Positions 38,036 through 46,456 of a stretch of DNA of 64,000 bases are shown piece by piece; the stretch's first letter is position 1, and each line of letters starts with the position of its first letter. The stretch is from a virus. Its lineage: Duplodnaviria > Heunggongvirae > Uroviricota > Caudoviricetes. The notes under the pieces were generated by a model, which saw only the letters and a program-made list of their open reading frames with translations, had not been told where the DNA came from and searched no databases. The stretch lies in IMG/VR virus record IMGVR_UViG_3300045911_000760. One strand, 5' to 3'. The position numbers and the translations under genes were made by a program.

Positions 38036-38835
38036 CAGGTGCGCTTGCGCGAACCGGCCGAGGGCTTCTTCTTCGGACCGGGAGTCCGCGCGGACTTCAC
38101 AGGCGCCTTCTTCGCTGCAGCGGCCCGCTTCTTTTTCGGCGTTTCTTCGGGCGGCTCTCCATCACCGCCAGCACCGCTGCGTGCCCGTTGCGCCGCCTCC
38201 GCCGCCTTCTTCCGGAGCGAGGCTTCGATGCGACGCTGGGTTGGGACGAGGTGCGAACTCACGTCCGTCCGGATGATCCTCTCCACCTCCTCCGCAGATC
38301 CCCCTGCAGTGAAGAGTTCGAAGGCCTGGCGCGCAGTGGTCTTCGGGTGATCACGAAGGAGCCGTTGCGAGAGCTCCTCAAGCACCCCGAAGACGAACGT
38401 CTGGACGAAGCTCCGGTCGATGAGCTTGCCCGAGAGCTCCTCGTTCTTGAGGCGCTGCCCGATGACCTGCTCGTAGACCTTGTAGGCGTCGAGGTGGGCA
38501 GCGAAGCGCTCGAACGTGCCAAAGCGCTCGAAGAGCTCCCGGAACGTCAGGTCCGCGTAGATCTCGAAGTCGTCATCTTCGGACTCGACACCCGGGCCCC
38601 GCTGAGGGTCGACCGAACGGGTGAAGGCGTCGATCGCCGTGGCAGTGACGCCGTGGCGCTCCAAGTACTCCCGGACGACCGGGTGGCCCGCGTCGATGCG
38701 CCGACCCACCACGGCGGGCTGCAGCGTCGTCCTGGCGGCGTCGGAGACGGCCTGGCGGGTGATGTCTGCGAGCCGCGCCAGCTCCGCGAATGTCGTCAGA
38801 CGACGCACAGCAGCGCACCATTCCCGACTTGACAA
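38035..38835 (-). CDS. terminase small subunit candidate (HTH DNA-binding)
   Basis: N-terminal helix-turn-helix (FAELARLADITRQAVSDAAR) and a Lys-rich C-terminal tail. Immediately upstream of the large terminase. Confidence 0.45.
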   Translation of the reverse strand: MSSREWCAAVRRLTTFAELARLADITRQAVSDAARTTLQPAVVGRRIDAGHPVVREYLERHGVTATAIDAFTRSVDPQRGPGVESEDDDFEIYADLTFRELFERFGTFERFAAHLDAYKVYEQVIGQRLKNEELSGKLIDRSFVQTFVFGVLEELSQRLLRDHPKTTARQAFELFTAGGSAEEVERIIRTDVSSHLVPTQRRIEASLRKKAAEAAQRARSGAGGDGEPPEETPKKKRAAAAKKAPVKSARTPGPKKKPSAGSRKRT

Positions 38836-38954
38836 CTTGTCACTGTCGGAAGGTCAGAATGTCAGCGAGGGGCGGGGGCCCCATCAAGAACGGCGGAACG
38901 GGGGTACAGCCACACAGTACCTTTTCGCGCGATGACGGAAAAAGGTCGCACCTT

Positions 38955-39676
38955 TCAGAACCCAAGCACCTTGTGCCTTCGAAGCTGTTCGAGCAGCGAT
39001 TTGCTGTAGATGGCTGGAAAAGCGCGCAGCGTGCGCTTGTACGAGCGCTCCAGGGTGGGGTTGGCCTTCACCTTCACGCTGCGCCGCGAAAGATCCCAAA
39101 GCTTCCGGACCCTGGGACGCTTCTTCGTCCCCATGACCCGGTACAAGCCCTTCCTTCCGCCGTTCAGCTCGAGAAACGCAACCTTGCCCCCCGACCCAAA
39201 AGCCTGGGCGATTGCGCGAGCGTTCCTGGCGGTACGGGACCTAGACCCCCCCCTCTTCGTGCGGGGGAGAGCCGTGACCTTATTGGGGGCGCGAACGAGC
39301 TTGGTACGGGGCGAGCTCCCCATGGCCTGGCCGGCCGCCACCTCGGTGGGGATGGCCTTGGCGCCGCTCTTGCCGCGCACCGTGCCGCCGTCCTCCTGGG
39401 TCACCATGTAGTCGGCGATAGAGCCCGTGCGGGACTGCATGCGGTGCAGGGCGAGGCCTCGCTCCTGCTCCACTCGGATAGACCCTGCGGTGTACTTGTT
39501 CCGGAGGATCATCGTCCGCCGGATCTCCCCCTGCCAGTTCTCACGCAGGGCGAACGCCGAACGGTTCAGCGCGTTGCGCGCTGCGAAGGGGACTGCTCGG
39601 TGGGCGAACTTCTGGAGGTCGCGCTGGAAGCGCTCGACGTTCCGAACCTGGAGGTGGAAGTCGTCGCTCACGTGAC
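38955..39676 (-). CDS. hypothetical phage protein (basic, about 240 aa)
   Basis: The GTG start is preceded by GAGGG. The N-terminal extension in the listed ORF is low complexity and probably non-coding. Confidence 0.35.
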
Positions 39677-39852
39677 CCTCGGAGAGCGCCCGGGGCGCTG
39701 AGCGAAGAGGCGAGAGACCTCCTCGGGACGAACGCGAGAACGCCCCTCGAGCGCGCGGCGCGGCTGGACCTCGAAGGTTCCCTTGGGACTGGCCTTCTCG
39801 GGAGCGCGGCTCGCGGGGAGCTCGGAGGGGTGCTTGGGCGCGGACATGCGTC

Positions 39853-40056
39853 TCAGGCGTGGAGAGCGCGGAACCATCGGGCCGTGCCGATGCGGCGCGT
39901 GGCACGGACCACCCTGGGGTGAGCCATGCCGTGGCGGTCGAAGACGGGGACGAGTGCCGCGCGGGCCTCGGGCTCTTCGTCGAGTGCGGGAGCCGACTCG
40001 GCGCGGAGCTTCGGGGGCCGGGCGCTCTGGAGCGTGTACTGGCCGGTGACGAGCAT
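39853..40056 (-). CDS. small hypothetical protein (67 aa)
   Basis: ATG preceded by GGGTGA; it follows the 54-aa membrane ORF by 5 nt. Confidence 0.25.
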   Translation of the reverse strand: MLVTGQYTLQSARPPKLRAESAPALDEEPEARAALVPVFDRHGMAHPRVVRATRRIGTARWFRALHA

Positions 40057-40061
40057 CGGAA

Positions 40062-40226
40062 TCACCCGAGGAGGAGGCGGGCGAGCGCAAAGCCAAGAGC
40101 GCCGCCGGCGAGACCGGAGGCGAAGCAGGAGAGCCGCAGGAGCAGCGCCTTGCGGAAGGAGCGCTTGAAGGCGGGTGTCTCCTGAGCGTCGAGCTGCAGG
40201 GTGAAGACGTGGGGTTCGGTCGTCAT
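40062..40226 (-). CDS. small tail-anchored membrane protein (54 aa)
   Basis: Unlisted ORF MTTEPHVFTLQLDAQETPAFKRSFRKALLLRLSCFASGLAGGALGFALARLLLG. ATGA overlap with the upstream gene; C-terminal TM helix. Confidence 0.3.
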   Translation of the reverse strand: MTTEPHVFTLQLDAQETPAFKRSFRKALLLRLSCFASGLAGGALGFALARLLLG

Positions 40227-40411
40227 GACGCGGGGAGGCAGGGAACCAGCACCAAACAGGCTTCCACGAAGGAGCCGGAGTGCAGCTCACCTTCCGGAGA
40301 GAACCAGCGGCAGTGAACGTGCCCGTCCTTGTAGTGGTCCACGGTCATGCTCGGCCCGCCGCTCTTCAGCCGAACGACGTCACCTGTCCGGAATGCATGC
40401 TCTTGGGTCAT
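40223..40411 (-). CDS. small protein, DUF2158/YodC-like
   Basis: 62 aa with GDVVRLKSGGPSMTV...HCRWF pattern typical of the YodC-like family. Confidence 0.45.
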   Translation of the reverse strand: MTQEHAFRTGDVVRLKSGGPSMTVDHYKDGHVHCRWFSPEGELHSGSFVEACLVLVPCLPAS

Positions 40412-40626
40412 CGGGCCTTTCCAGTTCGCTTCACGCGGATGGTCCCCATGTGCCCCTCGATGGCGAAGTGGCCCGCCTTGCGGGCGGCCTTCTTGGCGTC
40501 GGGGTCACGGAGGAGCTTGGTCACGGCGACTTCGAAAGCGCCCTCGGGGAGCTCGTTGAGCCCGACCTTCAACGTGGGGAGCCCCATGTCTCCCTGGGGG
40601 AGCGGGGGCTTAGTGGCGGAGCGCAT
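40408..40626 (-). CDS. small hypothetical protein (72 aa)
   Basis: First gene after the large non-coding region; overlaps the downstream gene (ATGA). Confidence 0.35.
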   Translation of the reverse strand: MRSATKPPLPQGDMGLPTLKVGLNELPEGAFEVAVTKLLRDPDAKKAARKAGHFAIEGHMGTIRVKRTGKAR

Positions 40627-41170
40627 GCGAGTTCGGCGGCCTCACGCTCGAGTGCGTAGGCCTCAAAGTGAGGTGTTTGAAACGCTCGACGATGCTCGAC
40701 CGTGCTCGACGAAAAGCGCGGAGGGCCAGGTGGTAATCCGCATTACCACTGCTCTGGTAACGGCTAGGGGGGCGTTACCGAATCGTTGACCCCGTACCGC
40801 CGGAACATCGCGGTTCCGCCCGGGCTGCGCTGCGGCGGTAGCACCCCCGGGGGGGTCTACCGGGTCGCAGGTGCGCATCTCGGAAGCGTGGTACGGGGCG
40901 CCGACCCGCCCCCCGCCCAGTCCTCGCGGGCCCGGGGTGGCGAAACGCATCACGGAAACCGTGACTTGCTCTTTCGCCCAAAAGCGGTGGGGGGCAACCG
41001 ACCCCCCAGCGTGCGCGCTTCGCCAAAGTATGCTGCGCAGGTCGCAAGCGGTCGGTGGCGCCCCCGAAACTCGGCCCGCGAGTTTCGGCACAGGCGCCTC
41101 GGTCGCCCGGGCTGCTCGTCTTCGCCCCGCCTCCGAAACTCCTCGTAGGGAGTTTCCGACCAGTTCTGGC
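40627..41170. promoter_or_regulatory. 543-bp non-coding regulatory region with phased direct repeats and multiple palindromes
   Basis: No credible ORF in any frame. Three GCTCGAC repeats at exact 10-bp phasing (40684-40710). Palindromes GGTAAT-N4-ATTACC (40732-40747), GGTAACG-N10-CGTTACC (40756-40779), GGAAC-N6-GTTCC (about 40803-40818) and TCACGG-AAA-CCGTGA (40950-40964). Two related inverted repeats share CGAAACTC half-sites (41062-41088, 41131-41160). Confidence 0.5.
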
Positions 41171-41633
41171 CTAGTCTTCGTGGCAGTCCGCTGCGACGGC
41201 ACGGCGCAAGCTGTCGAGGCTCTTTGCGAAGTGCTCCTGGCCACGCATGGCGTCGGCCTGCGACTCCTCCAGGAAGCGGACCTTCCGCTCTAGCTTCCGG
41301 AGCATCTTCGCCGTGGTTCGCTTGTGGGACACGTGGGAGTCTCTGAGGCCTTCGAGCTTCCTCGCGTTCTCCATCACGTGCTCTCGGAGCTCCTCGAGCT
41401 GGTCGATGGTCAGGCGACTCTGCTTCATGAGCAGGAGTGCCGCGGGGTTGACCCACCACTTCCGGACCTTCCGCCTGCTCCCCTGGAAGCTCACGAGCAC
41501 GCCGTCGTAGTCCTCATGGAGCGCGAGGAGCCGGCGCTTCATCTTCCAGACCGAGGTGCCGGCCTTCTCGGCCGCTTCCCGGATCGTGAGGAGGTCGTCC
41601 TCGCAGGGTTGGGGCAGGGCGGTTCTCACGCCT
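41171..41633 (-). CDS. HTH DNA-binding protein with C-terminal coiled coil
   Basis: GTG start preceded by GGAG. HTH-like LTIREAAEKAGTSVWKMKRRL. The N-terminal part of the listed ORF is low complexity. Confidence 0.4.
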
Positions 41634-42228
41634 TCTCCTTGGCGCTTGGTGCGTCGCTGTCCTCCCCGTTGGCCCATGCGGCGTATTGGGCACGCAGAGC
41701 GATGCGCCACTCCTCGTGGGCGCGCTGGTTCGCCTTCTGGGCGCGTCTCAGGGCGCCTTCGATCACCGCCTTCGCCGCGGTGTCGCTCGCGTTCGAGCAC
41801 GCCTTGATGACCTTCGCGGCGTCGGGAGCGAGGAACAGGGCGAGGCCCGCGAGGGGACCGAACCACCCCTCCACACCAGCGGGCCAGTCGCTGCGGGTCG
41901 TGTAGCGGACCAGGAGGCGGTCCTGGGTGGTTGGGGAGATGCGTCGCCAGACCTTCTGCAGGCGTCGGGCCTTCTCGATCTCCCCGACGAAGTGCCGGCG
42001 CTCGCCGTCGGGTGTCTCGCCCCAGCCGAGCTGCTCGTCGGAGTACAAGTCGACGTTCGGGACGCCGGAGGGGCCGATCGAGCCTTGCTGGGCAATGTTG
42101 ATCACGGCGGCCATGGTGCCGCGCTCGCCAAGCGCCGACGCCGCGCGGTTCACCCACCACTCGACGTCTCTGTCGAGTTCGGCGGCTACCTGATGCTTCG
42201 TTTCTGTTGTTTGTCCGGGATCTGCCAT
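41626..42228 (-). CDS. hypothetical protein
   Basis: About 200 aa from the internal Met (MADPGQTTE); non-biased composition. Confidence 0.4.
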   Translation of the reverse strand: MADPGQTTETKHQVAAELDRDVEWWVNRAASALGERGTMAAVINIAQQGSIGPSGVPNVDLYSDEQLGWGETPDGERRHFVGEIEKARRLQKVWRRISPTTQDRLLVRYTTRSDWPAGVEGWFGPLAGLALFLAPDAAKVIKACSNASDTAAKAVIEGALRRAQKANQRAHEEWRIALRAQYAAWANGEDSDAPSAKEKA

Positions 42229-42329
42229 GTTACGCTCCTGCTCGGCTGCGAGCGGCATGGCTCGGGAAACCCTCACCGTTGGGATGCGGTGGGGGTTTTC
42301 GCTTTCGGGAGGACGTGCATCCCAGGGCC

Positions 42330-42791
42330 CTACCGTTTCGGTAGCTGCGGTGGTGGGGGAGACGCAGGAGTTTTGGGCTCCAGTTGCCGTAGACCCTTTG
42401 CCCCACTCAGCAGTGCTCCACGAAGAGACTGTCGCATCAGGAACTCAGTGCGATCCTGGGGCGTGAGACCTTCCAGATGCCTGGTCTGCAGTCGAGAACT
42501 CGCCTTGCTGGACCGCTTCGCCGCCCCGGTGATTCTGGAGTCGCGTAGGCGAACGATGTCGATCGTGTTCCTTGGATCCGAGAAGCGCACCCCGCTCCCA
42601 GGGAGGGGGAAGTACTCCCGGTTGCGTTTGCGCATCGCTCGCCGGAAGAGTTCGCGTCCCCGGGCGTTCATCTGCACACCGCTGAGTTGCTCGATCTCGA
42701 CCCAGGACACAGTGGTCCCGTCTCCTGTCTGATCGATAAAGCTCAGGAGCGCCTCGGTGTCTGCCTTACGTTCTTGGTTCGGTTCGAACAT
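42330..42791 (-). CDS. hypothetical protein
   Basis: 154 aa from the internal Met (MFEPNQERK). The upstream part of the listed ORF runs into the repeat region and is unlikely to be coding. Confidence 0.4.
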   Translation of the reverse strand: MFEPNQERKADTEALLSFIDQTGDGTTVSWVEIEQLSGVQMNARGRELFRRAMRKRNREYFPLPGSGVRFSDPRNTIDIVRLRDSRITGAAKRSSKASSRLQTRHLEGLTPQDRTEFLMRQSLRGALLSGAKGLRQLEPKTPASPPPPQLPKR

Positions 42792-42799
42792 CTGAGCCT

Positions 42800-43230
42800 C
42801 GCTTTGCTGTCGAAAGAGGAAACCTTGCCTTGTGTTGCCAAGCCCCGCCGTGACAAGCCGGGCAATGCCGTGCCGCGCTTGGGTGCCCCTCCGGGTTTTC
42901 ACACCTCGAAGGGGCGAGCTTCCTTGCCTTGTCTTGCCGTGCTCTGCCAAGCCACGCCGATACCTGCCTAGTCACGCCGAGTCGGAGTCGATGGGGCGGG
43001 AGTCGAACCCGCCTACACCGGTCCATCGAAAGAACCTTGCCTTGTGTTGCCGCGCCGAGCCGCGCCGTGCCGGGCCGCGCCTCGCCCAGCCTAGCTCTGC
43101 CTCATTCAGTGCCCCACCGAGCTTTCACACTCGTCGGGGCGTTCCTTGCCTTGTGTTGCCGCGCCATGCCGCGCCGCGCCGCGTCCTGCCTAGCCCTGAC
43201 CTGACATGTCGGGCCTATGAAATCCTAGCT
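42800..43230. repeat. non-coding repeat region: 4 copies of the 17-mer CCTTGCCTTGT(G/C)TTGCC arranged as two roughly 200-bp units
   Basis: 17-mer copies at 42823-42839, 42921-42937, 43035-43051 and 43144-43160, with spacing 98/114/109 bp. Each pair is embedded in related context (TTCACAC(C/T)CG..GGGGCG and GC-rich GCCGCGCC tracts). Local GC is lower than the genome. No ORF. Confidence 0.6.
42988..43029 (-). other. tRNA-like minihelix (acceptor stem + canonical T-arm, no D/anticodon arms)
   Basis: The minus strand reads TCGATGG-accggtgta-GGCGGG-TTCGACT-CCCGCC-CCATCGA. This is a 7-bp acceptor-like stem enclosing a T-stem and a canonical TTCGA T-loop. It lies between repeat copies 2 and 3. Confidence 0.45.
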
Positions 43231-43805
43231 CTCCAGCCATTCCAGTTTTGCAACAGTGAACCGGCCGTAGAAGCCGCAACTCTCGGGGCGAAACCTTCCG
43301 ATCCCGACGAGCTTCCCAGCGTATTCCAAGACTTCTTGGAACACCTTCACATCGATGAGCGGGTCGAGGATGTAGAAGTCCACGGTGCCGCCCCATGCGT
43401 CGATGCGGGGGAAGAGCTTCGTCACCCGCTTCCCGCTTCCACGAACCCCGTCGGACGGGACGAACAGTTCGTCTGCGGGCACGTCTTCAGCTCGGACATC
43501 GAGCACAAGGGGATCTATCACCATGACGCCCGCCTCGAAGCTCTTGGTGTAGGTCTTCTGCCCCTTTCCAGGAACTCGCAGCCCCAGCCGCTTCGCGGCT
43601 TGCTTGACGGCGTTCGCGAACACCATCGGCGGGATGAAGACCAGGCCGTCTTTGGTGACATGCATGCGATGTCGCCACGTTCTGCGTTCGTACGCGTCGT
43701 GGAGTTCACGCTCCTTGGGGGGAACCTCCTCCTTCGAGTAGTGCCTACTTTGCGAGTATGCCCCGTCACTGACGAGTGATGCGCGCGCGATGATCTGCTT
43801 CATGG
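43225..43805 (-). CDS. hypothetical protein (193 aa)
   Basis: ATG preceded by AAGGAAG on the minus strand; non-biased composition. Confidence 0.45.
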
Positions 43806-43966
43806 GGACTTCCTTTGCTCTTGCCTCGTTGTTACCTTGGTCACTCGAGAACGAACCCACGGCCCCCGAGCAATGGTGCTTCGGGGGCCACTTTCGTTTC
43901 AGACCGCTGTTGGCTCCTCGGGTTCCGTGAGGCCCACGTCGGCGGGGATCGGATCGCTCACCCGCT

Positions 43967-44290
43967 TCACGCCTTGCCCCCAGGCGCGTTGACGCCGCCG
44001 CCCTTGCCCATGTTGGCGAGACTCAACTCGGCGAGCTTCCGCCCCAACTCGTCCGCAGTGGACCCGCTCTGCTTCACGACCTGGGAGAGCCCCACGAGCC
44101 CCTCGATGGCCTTCTGCCGCGCCTCGGGGAGCTCGAGCGCGAACCGCTTGGCGACGTACAGGGTGAGCTCGGCACCAAACTCGCCCATCTCGTCCACCAG
44201 GGGCCGGACCTGCTCGTAGGGGAAGCCGTAGTGGACGGCGAGGCGGCTCGCGATGGCCCAGGCTCGGATGCGGGAGAGGAGCTTCTTCAT
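43967..44290 (-). CDS. hypothetical protein
   Basis: 107-aa ORF with ATGA-type overlap to the upstream gene. Confidence 0.35.
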   Translation of the reverse strand: MKKLLSRIRAWAIASRLAVHYGFPYEQVRPLVDEMGEFGAELTLYVAKRFALELPEARQKAIEGLVGLSQVVKQSGSTADELGRKLAELSLANMGKGGGVNAPGGKA

Positions 44291-44505
44291 CCGGACCTCC
44301 GCTCGGGCTTGAATGTCAGCGGCCCGGTGGGCAACGACGGCAGCGTGCCATTCCGGATGCAGCGCTCGGTGAAGTCGCGGATCTGCATCGACTGTTCGAG
44401 GTCCACCGCGGCTCGTTGAACCTTCAGCTCGGCTTCCCGGAGTTCGGCGCGCGCCTTCTCTAGGGTGAGCTGCTTGAACTCGCGTTCGACGGACGAGTCG
44501 TTCAC
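44287..44505 (-). CDS. small hypothetical coiled-coil protein
   Basis: 72-aa ORF overlapping its neighbours. Confidence 0.35.
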   Translation of the reverse strand: MNDSSVEREFKQLTLEKARAELREAELKVQRAAVDLEQSMQIRDFTERCIRNGTLPSLPTGPLTFKPERRSG

Positions 44506-45014
44506 CTCGGCATCCTCCTCACCCGGTCGATGTACTCCTCTTCGGACTCGCCCCGCTCACGCAGCGGAAGCAGTTGCGTCGCCACCTTGAGCAAGAGTTG
44601 CTCACCCGTGAACTCAATGGTCGGTCTCGGGATGAGGCCGGCGCGGACAAGGGCTTCCCGTGTGACGCCGGCGCGTTCGGCCCAGGCCCGAAGGGCACGG
44701 TCCTGTAGTTCGGTGCAGGCGCGACTCACCTCGTACCCGAAGTCCGACGCTGAGCCCGCGGGCACCCCAAGGCGGGTGACAAGCGAACCCGGTTCGGTGG
44801 CCTCGCCGAGAAGCTCTGGTGGCTTCTGCGCTTGCTCCCACATGCGCCTCGCCTCCACCGTGAGTCGCTCGATGTCCTCCGTGGTAAGTTCGAATTTTTC
44901 GCCAGGGCGCCAAACCGTGAGTAGGTATGAGGTGCCCAGGAGTACCGCAACGCCGATCTCTCCACGGTCCAGAGTGAGGTCGATGGTTGCTTCGATTTTG
45001 TGTGTGGTGCTCAT
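44502..45014 (-). CDS. hypothetical protein
   Basis: Internal Met start (MSTTHKIEATIDL); about 170 aa. Confidence 0.4.
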   Translation of the reverse strand: MSTTHKIEATIDLTLDRGEIGVAVLLGTSYLLTVWRPGEKFELTTEDIERLTVEARRMWEQAQKPPELLGEATEPGSLVTRLGVPAGSASDFGYEVSRACTELQDRALRAWAERAGVTREALVRAGLIPRPTIEFTGEQLLLKVATQLLPLRERGESEEEYIDRVRRMPR

Positions 45015-45457
45015 GAACGTCTCGTTGTCTTGGAGAGGGCTTCCAGGCACGCCTCGGCGACCATCGACTCAAACGTGGTCCGGTCGCCGATTCTGCGGAG
45101 GTGCATTCGGGAGCGGTGGCGCAAGCGGGATAGCCGGCGCTTCTTCACGCGGCGGGAGCGGTGCTCGCACTGGAGCAGAAGCGCCATCGCCGCGATCTGC
45201 GCCATCGCGCTCCGGGTCGTCTTGAGGCCCGCTTTCAACATCTGGAGGGCCGCTTGGAGCGACTGGGCCTCGTCATCCGTTGGCTGGAACTGCACCTCAC
45301 CCACGACCAGAGGTTCGTCCCTCAAGTCGCCCGCAACCGGGGGCTCTGCGGGCGCGCCAGCCGCCCGCAGCTCGACCGTCCCGATGCCCTTGGCCACCTC
45401 ACGCCCGCCGATCCGGATGCTCAGGTCGCGCGCTGCGTGTACCTCAGCCACAGTCGA
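45011..45457 (-). CDS. hypothetical protein (148 aa)
   Basis: GTG start 7 nt after a GAGGAGG SD on the minus strand; overlaps the sigma-like gene stop. Confidence 0.35.
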   Translation of the reverse strand, partial: STVAEVHAARDLSIRIGGREVAKGIGTVELRAAGAPAEPPVAGDLRDEPLVVGEVQFQPTDDEAQSLQAALQMLKAGLKTTRSAMAQIAAMALLLQCEHRSRRVKKRRLSRLRHRSRMHLRRIGDRTTFESMVAEACLEALSKTTRRS

Positions 45458-45863
45458 CCTCCTCGTCTGCAACCCCCAAGTCGAACTCCGCCGGGAGCGC
45501 CGGCCCGTCTCCCGCCATCTCCTCGAACACACCACCCAGGGGCTCGCCGTGGAGCGTGTTCAGCCGCTGCAGCGCTCGCCCCTCGAGCTGGCGGATCCTC
45601 TCCCGGGTCACTCCGAACAGTTCGCCCACCTCCAAGAGGGAGCGAGGGCCACGGTCCGCAACGTCGAGCGAACAGGTCTCCTTCAGTTCGTGGAGCTCCT
45701 TATCGGGGAAGGCGTACGCGATGCCGCCGGTGGCGGTCACCTCAATGAACAGGTGATGTCTGCAGCTCATGAACGGGCACGGTCGCACCCCGCCCACACA
45801 CTCGCCCCGCGTCTTCGGACGTCGATGCTGCTCGATCGGTCCCTCGAGCAGGACCAGCCGGCG
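45444..45863 (-). CDS. sigma-70 region-4-like HTH regulator (candidate late-gene activator)
   Basis: Internal Met start (MRRLVLLEG). Cys/His cluster CPFMSCRHH. The C-terminus, LEVGELFGVTRERIRQLEGRALQRL, matches sigma-70 region 4.2. Confidence 0.4.
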   Translation of the reverse strand, partial: RRLVLLEGPIEQHRRPKTRGECVGGVRPCPFMSCRHHLFIEVTATGGIAYAFPDKELHELKETCSLDVADRGPRSLLEVGELFGVTRERIRQLEGRALQRLNTLHGEPLGGVFEEMAGDGPALPAEFDLGVADEEVDCG

Positions 45864-45898
45864 CATGTCCCGGGCGGATTCGGTGCGCGCCCCCTTCT

Positions 45899-46456
45899 TC
45901 ACCGCTTCGCCCTCCGCTTCGCCTGAGCCTTGGCCGACTTCACCCGCGCCGCGGCGGCCACGAGCGCCGGGTGAGCTGGAACGGCGCCAGCCGCCACGCC
46001 AATGCAGACCGCGTCGCTGCGGTTCAGACCGATGCGCCCCTTCGGCCAACCCAGCACTCGGGTCATCGCTGCGGTCCGGCACTCCTCCTTCGAAGCCGTG
46101 GAGCGCCCGGTCATCGCCCTCCGCCAGGTCTGCCCCGTCACCCCGACAAAGGGGATCCTGCGGATCTTCGCGAAGAGCCGCGCCTGACCGACCGAGTCCA
46201 GGATGAGGCCCGACCCGTTGCCCCGCTTCACCTCCGGGTCCTTCGTGTGGAGCGACCAGTCCACCTCCTCGTAGGCGCACACATCCACGTGAATTCCCGA
46301 GTGGTGGATCTCGGCCAGCTCCGCCGCCAGGTCGTCCAACGAGTGCAGGACTGGCAAACGAAGAATGCTCCAGCGCTGACCTTCCTTTGCCTGGAGCGCA
46401 AGGGCTGGGCTGGAGAAACCGGGGTCGAGCGAGAGAACCACGAACATGCCGCTCAC
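45899..46456 (-). CDS. RuvC-like Holliday junction resolvase
   Basis: N-terminal VVLSLDPGFSSPALAL (catalytic Asp context) and C-terminal SDAVCIGVAAG, giving a RuvC-like pattern. Confidence 0.6.
   Translation of the reverse strand: MSGMFVVLSLDPGFSSPALALQAKEGQRWSILRLPVLHSLDDLAAELAEIHHSGIHVDVCAYEEVDWSLHTKDPEVKRGNGSGLILDSVGQARLFAKIRRIPFVGVTGQTWRRAMTGRSTASKEECRTAAMTRVLGWPKGRIGLNRSDAVCIGVAAGAVPAHPALVAAAARVKSAKAQAKRRAKR

Noticed and set aside
41062-41160. Intrinsic terminators formed by the two CGAAACTC palindromes.
   Set aside because: Neither hairpin is followed by a U-tract on the minus strand. They are treated as operator-like inverted repeats.
42950-43040. A complete tRNA gene on the minus strand.
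   Set aside because: Only an acceptor-like stem plus T-arm are present. Ten nt separate the 5' strand from the T-stem, so there is no room for D and anticodon arms. It is annotated as a tRNA-like minihelix instead.
42800-43230. CRISPR array.
   Set aside because: The repeats are 17 nt, far shorter than CRISPR repeats, with only four copies and irregular about 100-bp spacing. No cas genes are present.
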